Shown piece after piece: positions 31,039 through 40,423 of a DNA stretch of 64,000 nt. The position numbers were made by a program, and so were the translations under genes. The first letter of the stretch is position 1. Every line of letters begins with the position of its first letter. A model generated the notes under the pieces. It did no database searches, was not told the origin of the DNA, and saw only the letters and a list, made by a program, of their open reading frames with translations. The stretch spans positions 128,001-192,000 of the forward strand of contig CBDCXV010000009.1 of NCBI GenBank assembly GCA_965223905.1. The letters run 5' to 3'. This DNA comes from Candidatus Latescibacterota bacterium (GTDB lineage Bacteria; Latescibacterota; UBA2968; UBA8231).

Positions 31039-32286
31039 TCAGAATAGCTCGAAGTTCCCTGCGTCGACCCTCTTCGACTGGTGGGCAAGCACCGCATCCA
31101 TCAGCTCGATCGCCATTCGCGACTCCAGAGTCACGCTGGCGCGCACTCCCACGCATGGATCGTGCCTGCCCTTCTGCAGCTCGAAGTCGGTTTCGCTCAG
31201 ATCCTTGCGCACCGATTGCTGCGGCGGGCGAATGGTGGACGTCGGTTTGAAGGAGACCCGGCAGACCAGGGGCATGCCGGTGGTGACGCCGCCGATGATG
31301 CCGCCGTGATGGTTGCTCTGATAGCCGGAGCGTCGGATCGGGTCGTTGTTTTCGCTGCCCCGTCGCGGCACGACCTCGATTCCCGAGCCGACCTCGCACG
31401 CCTGCACGGCGTGCAGCCCGCCGAGCGTTCCCATGAGCCTGACCTTGAGGCTGTCGTAGAGCGGTTCTCCCGCCAGCGGCGGCACGTTGACGGCGACGAC
31501 CTCGATCGCCGCCCCGATCGAGTCGCCCTGCCTGCGGGTTCCGGCAATCAGGTCCGCGGCGGCGCCTGCGAACTCGGCGTCCAGGGTCCGGATCTCCGGC
31601 TCTTCCAGTGCCGCCTCCAGCTCCTCGAGCTCTGCCGCGGGCACCCGGCCGTCGTCCCCGGTGGAAAGCTCATGCACGTGGTCGGCCAGCCACCGCCCGG
31701 ACCGCAGCTCGCCGACCTGGCAAATCGACGACAGGAAGGCGGTCCCGAACCGGTCCCTCAGGTACAGGCGGGCGACGGAGCCGCCGAAGACGTCGGATAT
31801 GGTCGAGCGGAAACTGGAGCGTCCACCCCCGCGTGGGTCCGCGAAACCCCGGGACTTGTGATGCTTGACGAGGTCGGTGTGGCCGGGGCGCACGTCCCCG
31901 GTGGGGCCGAGGAACTGCTCGTAGTCCGCGGTGCGCTTCGCCGCCGACAGGACGACCGCGGCGATCGGCTCCCCGGTGGCGAGGCCTTCCTCGTACCCCG
32001 GTGCGGAAACCTCCTCATCTCCAACGGCAGCGGCGATTCGCGAGCCGGACAGGAGGAGGTCGTGATCCTCCGAGTATACCCCGGACAGGATCACCACCTT
32101 GTCCCCCTCCCGCCTGGGGGTGCCCAGCTTGTTCGAGCCGGGCCTGCGCCTGTCGAGGTAGTGCTGGATCTCCGCCCGCGAGATTCTCAGTCCGGGGGGG
32201 CAGCCGAAGACGATGGTGGTGATGGCCGGACCGTGCGATTCCCCGGCTCCGGCCACGGCGAACAGGGAGCCGCCGAGGATTTCCAT
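31039..32286 (-). CDS. aroC: Chorismate synthase (divergent)
   Basis: GESHGP, RRRPG, RPGHTD, GGGRSS, GDSIG, NHHGGIIGGVTTG, KPTST, GRHDPCV. Confidence 0.9.
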   Translation of the reverse strand: MEILGGSLFAVAGAGESHGPAITTIVFGCPPGLRISRAEIQHYLDRRRPGSNKLGTPRREGDKVVILSGVYSEDHDLLLSGSRIAAAVGDEEVSAPGYEEGLATGEPIAAVVLSAAKRTADYEQFLGPTGDVRPGHTDLVKHHKSRGFADPRGGGRSSFRSTISDVFGGSVARLYLRDRFGTAFLSSICQVGELRSGRWLADHVHELSTGDDGRVPAAELEELEAALEEPEIRTLDAEFAGAAADLIAGTRRQGDSIGAAIEVVAVNVPPLAGEPLYDSLKVRLMGTLGGLHAVQACEVGSGIEVVPRRGSENNDPIRRSGYQSNHHGGIIGGVTTGMPLVCRVSFKPTSTIRPPQQSVRKDLSETDFELQKGRHDPCVGVRASVTLESRMAIELMDAVLAHQSKRVDAGNFELF

Positions 32287-32327
32287 TTTGTCGCGCTGTC
32301 TCTTGTGCGGTGATGCCGGCGATGGGG

Positions 32328-32356
32328 GTAAGGGTCGTTTCGAATGTACGCCCTAC
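32328..32356 (-). repeat. Possible GTAG-type REP-like hairpin (single copy seen)
   Basis: Minus strand GTAGGGCG-TACATTCGAAA-CGACCCTTAC imperfect palindrome in an intergenic region. Confidence 0.3.
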
Positions 32357-32483
32357 GATACCGGGGAGCACTTCGCGCGGCAACCTCCGATTGCATGCTG
32401 TCCCGGCTTCCTGGAGCGGGGCCGGAGGAAAATTGCAGGATGAATTCGCCCAGCTGGTTGTTTGGCGCCGCGGCGATCCCGTC

Positions 32484-33845
32484 TCAGTCGGACGGGCCGC
32501 CGAGCAGCCTCTCGATATTGGCGCGCGCCACCGCGAGGTCGTGGCGCGCCCGCACCCGGCTTGTGCGCGCCTGGGTGAAGTTGACCTGGGCGTCGAGCAG
32601 CTCGAGCAGCGTACCCTGGCCCACCTCGTAGCTCTCTTTGGCCAGCTTGAGGTCTTCTCCGGCGACCGCGAGGGTGCCCTCGCTGATTTCGAGAATCTTG
32701 TCGAGCCGCACGAGCTCGAGATGGGCGGTTTCGACGGCGAGCGCCACCTCCCGCCGCTGCTGCTCGAGGTTGAGGCGGGCGTTCTCCAGGCCGATGCGGG
32801 AGCGCTGGATGCCGGCGCTGCGCAGGCCCCCGTCGAAGAGGTTGTAGGTCACCGACACGCCGGCGTTGATGCGGTAGTTCTGGTCGAAATCCTGGTACAC
32901 GCGATCGAACACCTCGTTGTTGCGGCCGTAGGAAAGGCTGCCGCTGAGACGAGGGTGCCAGGCGGACTTTGCCGACGAAAGGTCGTGCTCCGCGGCGAGG
33001 TGGGCGTATTCCAATTGCCGGATGGCCTGATTGGAGCTCTCGGCCGCCCGCAGCAGTTCGTCGAGCGGCAGCTCGGCGAGGGGAAAGGGAGTGTTCTCGA
33101 CGGGAGCGGCCTGCAGGGGCTCGGAGATCCCCCTCCCCATGAAATGGTTGAGGCTGGCGCGGGCCAGAACCACCCCCTGCTCGGCGTTGATCAGGTCCGC
33201 CTCGGCATTGCCTACGGCCACCTTCAGGCGCAGCACGTCGGCTCTCACGCCCGCTCCTACCTCGAGTCGCATGGCGGACCCCTCGAGCTGCTTCTCGCTG
33301 AGCTTGAGGGCCTCGCGCTGGACTTCGAGGAGATCCTGTGCCTTGAGCAGGGCGAAGTAGCGCTGTCTCACGCCGAAGATCGTCTCCGCCCGCTGCGCCT
33401 CGAGCGCCGTCTCGGACAGGTTCAGCGCCTGGCGCGCGGCGTTGTGGGCGTGGCGCCGGCTGCCGCCGTCGTACAGGGTCTGGTTGACCGATGCGTTCAG
33501 GGAGAACGAGTTGCGGTCGATGGCCGGAATCTGCGTCGTCTCCTCGCGGAAGATGCGCTGGCCGGTCTCGGGATCGAACCGGTCCGTCGGGTTTTCCTGG
33601 ATGCGGACGGACGGTCCCGTGCGCGAGCGGGAAAAGTTCAGGACCGAGGCGTTGATGCTGGGCAGCCTGCCGGCCCTGGCGGACTTGACGTCCATCTCGG
33701 AGCGGCGGACCGCCTGGGCCGCGAGGCGCATCTGGTTGTTCTGCTCCAGGGCCTGCCGGATGCACTCGTCGAGGGTCAGGGTTCCGGCTTTTGCCGCGGA
33801 TGCCGCGGCGGCCAGCAGGGTGAATAGGGCGATGCTGCGTATCAT
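32484..33845 (-). CDS. TolC family outer-membrane efflux protein
   Basis: Signal peptide, LTLDECIRQALEQN, two OEP repeats, YEVGQGTLLELLDAQ. Confidence 0.93.
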   Translation of the reverse strand: MIRSIALFTLLAAAASAAKAGTLTLDECIRQALEQNNQMRLAAQAVRRSEMDVKSARAGRLPSINASVLNFSRSRTGPSVRIQENPTDRFDPETGQRIFREETTQIPAIDRNSFSLNASVNQTLYDGGSRRHAHNAARQALNLSETALEAQRAETIFGVRQRYFALLKAQDLLEVQREALKLSEKQLEGSAMRLEVGAGVRADVLRLKVAVGNAEADLINAEQGVVLARASLNHFMGRGISEPLQAAPVENTPFPLAELPLDELLRAAESSNQAIRQLEYAHLAAEHDLSSAKSAWHPRLSGSLSYGRNNEVFDRVYQDFDQNYRINAGVSVTYNLFDGGLRSAGIQRSRIGLENARLNLEQQRREVALAVETAHLELVRLDKILEISEGTLAVAGEDLKLAKESYEVGQGTLLELLDAQVNFTQARTSRVRARHDLAVARANIERLLGGPSD

Positions 33846-33945
33846 GGGGTTCCCCTGGTTACTGGCTGGATCAAAGACGCCGGACCGCCCCAGGCCGGGA
33901 TGGCCAGGGCGAAGGTAATTCCAAGGAATTCGCGGCAGGGTGACA

Positions 33946-36900
33946 CTACCTGCTCCCGGCGGTGTGGACGACCCGGCGGAACCAAAGCGCCAGGTCGTCG
34001 AGGAGGGAGTACAGGGTAGGGGCCAACACGAGGGTCAGCACGGTGGAGCAGATGAGGCCGCTGACGACGACGAGGCCGACCGGACCCCAGCGCCTGGCGA
34101 ACCCTTCCGAGGTTCCGTAGACCATGGGCAGAACCAGCGGCATCAGGTTGAGAACGGTCGTGGTGGCCGTCATCAGGATCGGACGCAGGCGGTTCTGCCC
34201 ACCGCGCAGGATCGCCTCGGTACGGGCCATACCTTCCCTGCGGTAGTGGTTTATGTGATCGATGAGCACGATCCCGTTGTTGACGACGATGCCGACCAGG
34301 ATCAGCAGTCCGAGGTAGCCGTTGTTGTCCAGCGGCACGTCGAGCAGGTAGAGGCCGGCCGAGACGCCGATGAGGGAGAAGGGAATGGCCAGCATGATCG
34401 TGAAGGGGTGGATCAGCGACTCGAACAGCGAGGCCATGATCAGGTAGATGAGCAGCAGCGCGAACAGCAGCGTGAAGATGTTGCCCTCGGTGTCCTGCTG
34501 CATCCAGCGCGCCCCCCTCCCCAGGTCCCACGAATACCCTGCCGGCAGGGAGAAACCGGCCATCATGCTGCGCACCGGTTCCATCAGGCCGAACGCCTGC
34601 ATGCGGGTCTCGGTGTTGGCGAAGATGTTCATGGTGTGCTCGCGGTCTTCGCGCACCAGGTTCTTCGGGCCTTCGGCGACCTTGAAGTCGGCTACGGCCG
34701 CCAGCTGGATGCGCGTTTCGTCGCGGCCTTCGAAACTGCTGTTCTTGAGCTGCTCGAGGTCGACCCGGTCCTCCTCCTCGAGCTGCAGCACGAGGTCTAT
34801 CTCGCGGTCCTCCGCCTTGAAGGTCGAGGTTCGCCGCGTCCCCAGCGCCGTGGATATGGTGGTGGCGACGTCGCGCGGCGACAGCCCGTACTCGAGCGCC
34901 TGCTCGCGGTCGACGGCGACCCTGATCTCTTCCTCGCCGTCCTCGAGGCTGGTGTCGACGTCCTTGACCCCGGGCAGCTGCTCGAGGCCGGCCTCGATGT
35001 CTTCGGCGAGCAGGGCCAGCACGTCCTGGTCGCGACCCTTGAGCTGTACCTCGACACCCAGCATGTTCCCCTGCCAGCTGCGCTGCCGCCCCATCTTCCA
35101 GGTCACCCCGACCGTCTCCGGCAGCAGCTCCTTTATCGCCTCGCCCGCCTCGATGGACGTCAGGCTGCCCTCGTCGGCATCGACCAGACGCGCCGTAATC
35201 CTGCCGCGGCGCTGGCCGAAACTGGTGTTCAGCGACTCGATGTCGAGCTCCCCGGCGCGCCCCAGCAGGCGCTGCTCGATGTCGTGGAACATCGTTTTGA
35301 CTTCGTCGAGCGAGTAGTTGCGGTCGATCTCGACGGAGATGTCGACACGGCGCTCCGGGGTCCAGGGAGTTCCCCGCTGCTCCAGCTGCATGAACAGGTA
35401 GATCCCGGTCGCCATCAGCAGGGCGGAGGCCAGCAGGGTCGCGAGGCGGTGCGCCAGGGTCCAGCGCAGCAGGCCGATATAGGCGCTGCGCATGCCGCGG
35501 CGGCGGCACTGCCAGGCAGCGGCGGCGGTAACCGCGCCGGCGGCCGCCAGACCGGCCGCGGTCGTCCACTGCATGCCGGCGAGGCCCCCGGCGACGCGGC
35601 TTCCGGTGCGGCCGGCCCAGTCAACCAGGCCAACCCAGGTGAGCTCGTGGAACCCCATGGCGGCCAGCGCCAGCAGGGCGACGAGCACCAGGGCTTTCAG
35701 CACGCGGTCGAAGCGATCGTAGCGGTGTCTGAAAAGGCGGGAGCTGGCCAGCGGAATGAGAGACAGCGAGACCACCGTCGACACGGCTACGGCCAGGCAG
35801 ATCGCCAGCCCGGCGTCCCTCATCCAGGTCGTCATGCGGCTGCTCGACAGGAAGAAAAAGGGTATGAATACGACCATCGTGGTCAGCGACGAGGCGATGA
35901 CCGCCATGCCGATCTCGCGCGCTCCGGACAGCGCCGCCTCGGCCGGCTCCGCCCCTTCCTCCTGGCGCCGGCGGAAGATGCTCTCCAGGGTCACCACGGC
36001 CGGGTCGACGAGCATGCCGACCGCCAGCATGAGGCCGGTCATGGTCACCATGTTCAGGGTCACCGTCGATCCGAAGAACTCGCGGGCGGCGAAGAGCCCG
36101 GTGAACACGCACAGGACCGACACCGGTATGGCGACCGATATCACCAGGGTGCTGCGGATATTGCGCAGAAACAGGAAGATGATGCCGATCGCCAGGACCG
36201 CGCCGAGCAGGGCCGAGTCGGTGAGCTTGTCCACTTCCCGCAGCACCTGCTCGGAACGGTCGCGGACGATCTCGATTTCCAGGTCCCCGCCGTACGACTG
36301 CTCGATCTCCTCCAGGGTCGACCTCACGTCGGCGGCCATGTCGACGAGGTTGGCGGAGGAGGACTTGTACACCTCGACGGTGACGGCGTCGGCGCCGTTG
36401 AGGCGCTCGTAGCGCTTTTTCTCGGGGTAGTCGTAGTTGACCGGGCCGACGTCTCCGAGCCTCAGGGCGGTGCCGGCCAGCGGCAGCTCGCCGATCTCGT
36501 CGGCGCGGGCGAACTCGCCGAGGGCCCGCACCTGGTAGCGCTGGTCGCCGTCCAGCACCCGTCCGAGAGAGACGTTGACGTTGTTCTCCCTGACCTGCCA
36601 GGCGAGGTAGGGCAGCGACACGTCGTGGTCCTGCAGCCGCTGCTGGTCGAGCTCGACGATCAGCTGCTTTTCCTCGACACCCTCGACGGTGACGTTGGCG
36701 ACCCCGTCGAGGCGCAGCAGCTGAGGTTCGATGACCTTGCGGTAGATGTCGAAGAGGCGGTCCCCCTGTCCCCGCCAGGCGACGTTGGCGTAAAGCGACG
36801 GGCGCTCGTCGCTCTGCCAGCGGCGGATGCGGACCCTCTGCAGATCGGCGGGAAGATTCCCCCGGATCGCCTCGATCCGCTCGCGCACCTCCATGGTGGC

Positions 36901-37209
36901 GATGTCCATGTCGGTGCCTGCCTTGAACTCGACGCGCACCGACGAATTGGAGGAGGAGGAGGTGGCGCTGATGCGGTCGATGTTGCCGAGCAGGGCCAGC
37001 GACTCCTCCAGGGGCCGGGTGATATCCCGCTCCACTTCCTCCGGGGAGGAGGACGGGTAGGAGACGTTGACGTTCACCCCCAGCGACGAAATGCTCGGGA
37101 ACGACTCCAACGGCAGCCGCGTGAGGGAGATGACCCCGAGGACGATCATGCTCAGGGTCGCCATCACCATGGTGATCGGCCGCGCGACGGCGAAATCAGC
37201 GAGTTTCAT
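33946..37209 (-). CDS. RND efflux transporter permease subunit (AcrB-like) 2
   Basis: RPIT..., SSPEEVE, GMLVDP, ASLFES..HPF, GIVVNNGI, RLRPILMT. Confidence 0.92.
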   Translation of the reverse strand: MKLADFAVARPITMVMATLSMIVLGVISLTRLPLESFPSISSLGVNVNVSYPSSSPEEVERDITRPLEESLALLGNIDRISATSSSSNSSVRVEFKAGTDMDIATMEVRERIEAIRGNLPADLQRVRIRRWQSDERPSLYANVAWRGQGDRLFDIYRKVIEPQLLRLDGVANVTVEGVEEKQLIVELDQQRLQDHDVSLPYLAWQVRENNVNVSLGRVLDGDQRYQVRALGEFARADEIGELPLAGTALRLGDVGPVNYDYPEKKRYERLNGADAVTVEVYKSSSANLVDMAADVRSTLEEIEQSYGGDLEIEIVRDRSEQVLREVDKLTDSALLGAVLAIGIIFLFLRNIRSTLVISVAIPVSVLCVFTGLFAAREFFGSTVTLNMVTMTGLMLAVGMLVDPAVVTLESIFRRRQEEGAEPAEAALSGAREIGMAVIASSLTTMVVFIPFFFLSSSRMTTWMRDAGLAICLAVAVSTVVSLSLIPLASSRLFRHRYDRFDRVLKALVLVALLALAAMGFHELTWVGLVDWAGRTGSRVAGGLAGMQWTTAAGLAAAGAVTAAAAWQCRRRGMRSAYIGLLRWTLAHRLATLLASALLMATGIYLFMQLEQRGTPWTPERRVDISVEIDRNYSLDEVKTMFHDIEQRLLGRAGELDIESLNTSFGQRRGRITARLVDADEGSLTSIEAGEAIKELLPETVGVTWKMGRQRSWQGNMLGVEVQLKGRDQDVLALLAEDIEAGLEQLPGVKDVDTSLEDGEEEIRVAVDREQALEYGLSPRDVATTISTALGTRRTSTFKAEDREIDLVLQLEEEDRVDLEQLKNSSFEGRDETRIQLAAVADFKVAEGPKNLVREDREHTMNIFANTETRMQAFGLMEPVRSMMAGFSLPAGYSWDLGRGARWMQQDTEGNIFTLLFALLLIYLIMASLFESLIHPFTIMLAIPFSLIGVSAGLYLLDVPLDNNGYLGLLILVGIVVNNGIVLIDHINHYRREGMARTEAILRGGQNRLRPILMTATTTVLNLMPLVLPMVYGTSEGFARRWGPVGLVVVSGLICSTVLTLVLAPTLYSLLDDLALWFRRVVHTAGSR

Positions 37210-37270
37210 CTTCGCTCCTTCTGCGGAGCGTCCCGCCTGCGGGCGGCTGGAGGCTTCGCAGCCGACAGGG

Positions 37271-40200
37271 TCACGGGGACCGGTCCACCAGCGTGTACAC
37301 CACCGGGATGACGATCAGGGTCAGCACCGTCGACACCAGCAGCCCGCCGATCACGGTGATCGCCATCGGCGCCCGGATTTCGGCCCCCTCGCCGAGCCCC
37401 AGCGCCATCGGCAGCAGCGCCAGGATCGTCGTCGACGTCGTCATCAGGATCGGGCGAAACCGCAGCTCCCCGGCGCGCAGCACCGCCTCCGTTTTTGCCA
37501 TGCCCTCTCTCCGACGGAGCTGATTGATGTAGTCGATCAGCACAATGGCATTGTTGACGACGATGCCGGCCAGCATGATCAGTCCGATGAGCACGACGAC
37601 GCTGATCGCGGTGCCCGTGAGCATGAGCGCCGCGGCGCTGCCGACCATTCCCAGCGGGATCGTGAACATGATGACGAACGGGTGCAGGAGCGACTCGAAC
37701 TGCGACGCCATGACGAGGTAGACGAGGAACACCGCCAGCAGCAGGGCGAACTTCATGCTGTCGAACGAGCGCACCATCTCCTCGTTCTGGCCGCCGACGT
37801 TGATGTCGAAGCCCTCGGGCAGGCTCATCCCGGCGCCGACCGCCTCGATCTCGGCGACGGCGCTGCCGAGGTCGAGACCGCTGAGGTTGGCGGTCACCAC
37901 CGCCACGCGCTCCTGGTCGATACGGCGGATTTCGGCAGGGCCTTCGACTATGACGACGTCGGCCACGGCCTCGAGAGCTACCGGAACAGCGTAGGAGGCG
38001 GGGCTGACCACCATGCCCTTGAGGTCGGCGAGGCTGCGGCGCTCCGACTCCACCGAGCGCACGCGCACGTCGATCCTGCGGTCCTGCCGCGTCAGCTCGG
38101 TCGACACCTCCCCCTGCAGCTTGTTGCGCAGCAGGTCGCCGATGTCCTGAATCGTCGTGCCCAGCTCGGCGACCCGGTAGCGGTCGAAGATCACCTGGAT
38201 TTCCGGCTGCCCCCCCTCGACGCTCGACTTTACGTCGACGAGGCCGGGGATCTGCCGCATCCGCTGCGCCAGGTCGTCGGCGATCAGCTGCAGGGTCTCG
38301 AGGTTGAATCCGGACACCTCGACCTCGACCGGCGTGCGGAAGGAGAAATAGGACGGCCGCGAAAACTTGTGCTCGAGGTCGGGAACTTCCCCGACGAGAT
38401 CGCGGACCTTCTCCATCACCTTCCCTTCGGTTTCGCGGCTGCGGTCGCCGGCCTCGAGGCGCACCAAAAGCTGCGCCATGTTCTCCTTCTTCTCGTCCGC
38501 GTAGCCGCCCGTCTCGCCGGTCGCTCCTACCATGCTGAAGGCGGTCTCGACCTCGGCGAACTCTTCGATGCGGCCGTCGAGGTTGGCGACCTGGGCGGCG
38601 GTCCTCTCCAGCGGGGTTCCGGCTGGCAGCTCGATATCGACGAGGAACTCCCCCTGGCTCATCTCGGGGATCAGCTCCAGTCCGAGGTCGCGGGCGCGGA
38701 GCAGGAGCAGGGCCGGCAGGGCGGCGAAGACCATGAGCACGGCGGCGCGATGGGCGAGGGCCCACTGCAGCAGGCGCGGGTAGGCGGCAGAGAGGGCGCC
38801 GTAGGACTTGCTGAACAGGCGCTCGAACGGGTAGATCAGCAGGCCGGCCACCCGTCCGATGGCCGCGAAGAATTCCCGCAGCAGGCCCAGCAGCAGGGCC
38901 GGACCGCGCACCAGGGAGCCCCCTTCCCCCGCTTCCTCCGGCGCCAGCGGGCGCAGGGCGAGGGAGGCCAGCATCGGGATGAGCATGAGGGCCACGAACA
39001 GGGAGGCGACGAGTGAGTAGGTCACCGCGAGCGCCTGATCGCGAAACAGCTGGCCCGCCACCCCTTCGACGAACACGATCGGCACGAACACGCAGACCGT
39101 GGTCAGGGTCGCGGCGATGACCGCCTTGCCCACCTCGCCGGTGCCCTGGCGGGCTGCCTCGACGATGGACAGCCCCAGCTCTTCCCGGTGCCGCCGGATG
39201 TTCTCGAGCACGACGATGGAGCTGTCCACGAGCATCCCCACCCCCAGCGCCAGGCCGCCCAGCGACATGATGTTGAGGCTGACGTCCGACACGAACATCA
39301 GGAAGAAAGTCGCCACCACCGAGATCGGGATGGAGAGCGAGATGATGACGGTGCTCTTGAGATGTCTGAGGAACAGGTATAGGAGGATGACGGCGAGGAT
39401 GCCGCCGTAAATTGCCGTCTTGAGCACCCCGTCGACCGCCTGCCGGATGAAGGTCGCCTGGTCGACGACTACCTCCATCTTTCCGTCGGCCAGGAGGTCC
39501 GCGTAGTCGGCGCGCACCTGGTCGAGCTGCCCGGCCACGGTGTCATGCACCCGGACGGTGTTGGCGTCCCCTTCCTTGTAGACGGCGATCTCCACCCCTT
39601 CCCTGCCGTTGATGCGGGTGATGACGTCGCGCTCGCGATGGCCGCGAAACACGCGCCCGACGTCGTTCAGCCTGATCGCCGCCCCGGCGGGGCGGGCGAT
39701 CACTATCTCGCCGATCTCGTCCCAGCTCTGGAACTCGTTCAGGGTGCGCACCAGGAACTCCGCCTCCCCGTCCTTCAGCAGCCCCCCGGTGAGGTTGACG
39801 TTCTCCGCCGCCAGCCGCGCCGTGACCTGGTCGATGGGAATGCCGAGGTGCGCCAGCCGCGCCGATTCGACCTCGACGTGGATCTCCTCTTCGAGCCCCC
39901 CCTCGACGCGCACCGCGGCCACCCCTTCGAGGCTTTCGAGGTCCAGGCGGATTCGCTCCTCGGCGATCCGCCTCAGTTCCATGAGATTGGCGCCGCCGTA
40001 GAGGGCGATGCGCATTATCGGGTCGAGCGAGGGGTCGAAGCGCAGGAGAATCGGTTTGTTGGCGCCGACAGGCCGTTCCCCCATGTCGAGCTTCTCGCGC
40101 AGGTCGAGGGAGGCGAAGTCCATGTCGGTGCCCCAGGCGAACTCGACGATGACGTCCGACAGTCCGGGCCGCGATATCGAGCTGACCCGGATGACGTTGC

Positions 40201-40423
40201 TCACGACCCCGACCAGGCCCTCGATCGGTTCCGAGATCAGGCGCTCGATTTCGTGGGGCGAGGTCCCGGGGTACTCGGTGCGGATCGTAATCGTCGGGTA
40301 GGTGATATCCGGCAGCAGGTTGACCGCCAGGCGCGAGAAACCGACCCCACCGAAGGCGACCACCGCCACCATCAGCATGGCGACGGTCACCCGGCGACGG
40401 ATGGAGAAATCTACGAGTCTCAT
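37271..40423 (-). CDS. RND efflux transporter permease subunit (AcrB-like) 1
   Basis: LPDITYP, GMLVDSSIVVLENI, ASQFES, GIVVNNAI, RFRPILMT, APMAITVIGG. Confidence 0.95.
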   Translation of the reverse strand: MRLVDFSIRRRVTVAMLMVAVVAFGGVGFSRLAVNLLPDITYPTITIRTEYPGTSPHEIERLISEPIEGLVGVVSNVIRVSSISRPGLSDVIVEFAWGTDMDFASLDLREKLDMGERPVGANKPILLRFDPSLDPIMRIALYGGANLMELRRIAEERIRLDLESLEGVAAVRVEGGLEEEIHVEVESARLAHLGIPIDQVTARLAAENVNLTGGLLKDGEAEFLVRTLNEFQSWDEIGEIVIARPAGAAIRLNDVGRVFRGHRERDVITRINGREGVEIAVYKEGDANTVRVHDTVAGQLDQVRADYADLLADGKMEVVVDQATFIRQAVDGVLKTAIYGGILAVILLYLFLRHLKSTVIISLSIPISVVATFFLMFVSDVSLNIMSLGGLALGVGMLVDSSIVVLENIRRHREELGLSIVEAARQGTGEVGKAVIAATLTTVCVFVPIVFVEGVAGQLFRDQALAVTYSLVASLFVALMLIPMLASLALRPLAPEEAGEGGSLVRGPALLLGLLREFFAAIGRVAGLLIYPFERLFSKSYGALSAAYPRLLQWALAHRAAVLMVFAALPALLLLRARDLGLELIPEMSQGEFLVDIELPAGTPLERTAAQVANLDGRIEEFAEVETAFSMVGATGETGGYADEKKENMAQLLVRLEAGDRSRETEGKVMEKVRDLVGEVPDLEHKFSRPSYFSFRTPVEVEVSGFNLETLQLIADDLAQRMRQIPGLVDVKSSVEGGQPEIQVIFDRYRVAELGTTIQDIGDLLRNKLQGEVSTELTRQDRRIDVRVRSVESERRSLADLKGMVVSPASYAVPVALEAVADVVIVEGPAEIRRIDQERVAVVTANLSGLDLGSAVAEIEAVGAGMSLPEGFDINVGGQNEEMVRSFDSMKFALLLAVFLVYLVMASQFESLLHPFVIMFTIPLGMVGSAAALMLTGTAISVVVLIGLIMLAGIVVNNAIVLIDYINQLRRREGMAKTEAVLRAGELRFRPILMTTSTTILALLPMALGLGEGAEIRAPMAITVIGGLLVSTVLTLIVIPVVYTLVDRSP

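Noticed and set aside
33940-37311. 1123-aa + strand ORF, and other long antisense ORFs (6904-9066, 11010-12989, 43392-45842, 57910-60546 upstream part)
   Set aside because: Shadow frames of well-supported genes in high-GC DNA; no motifs of their own.
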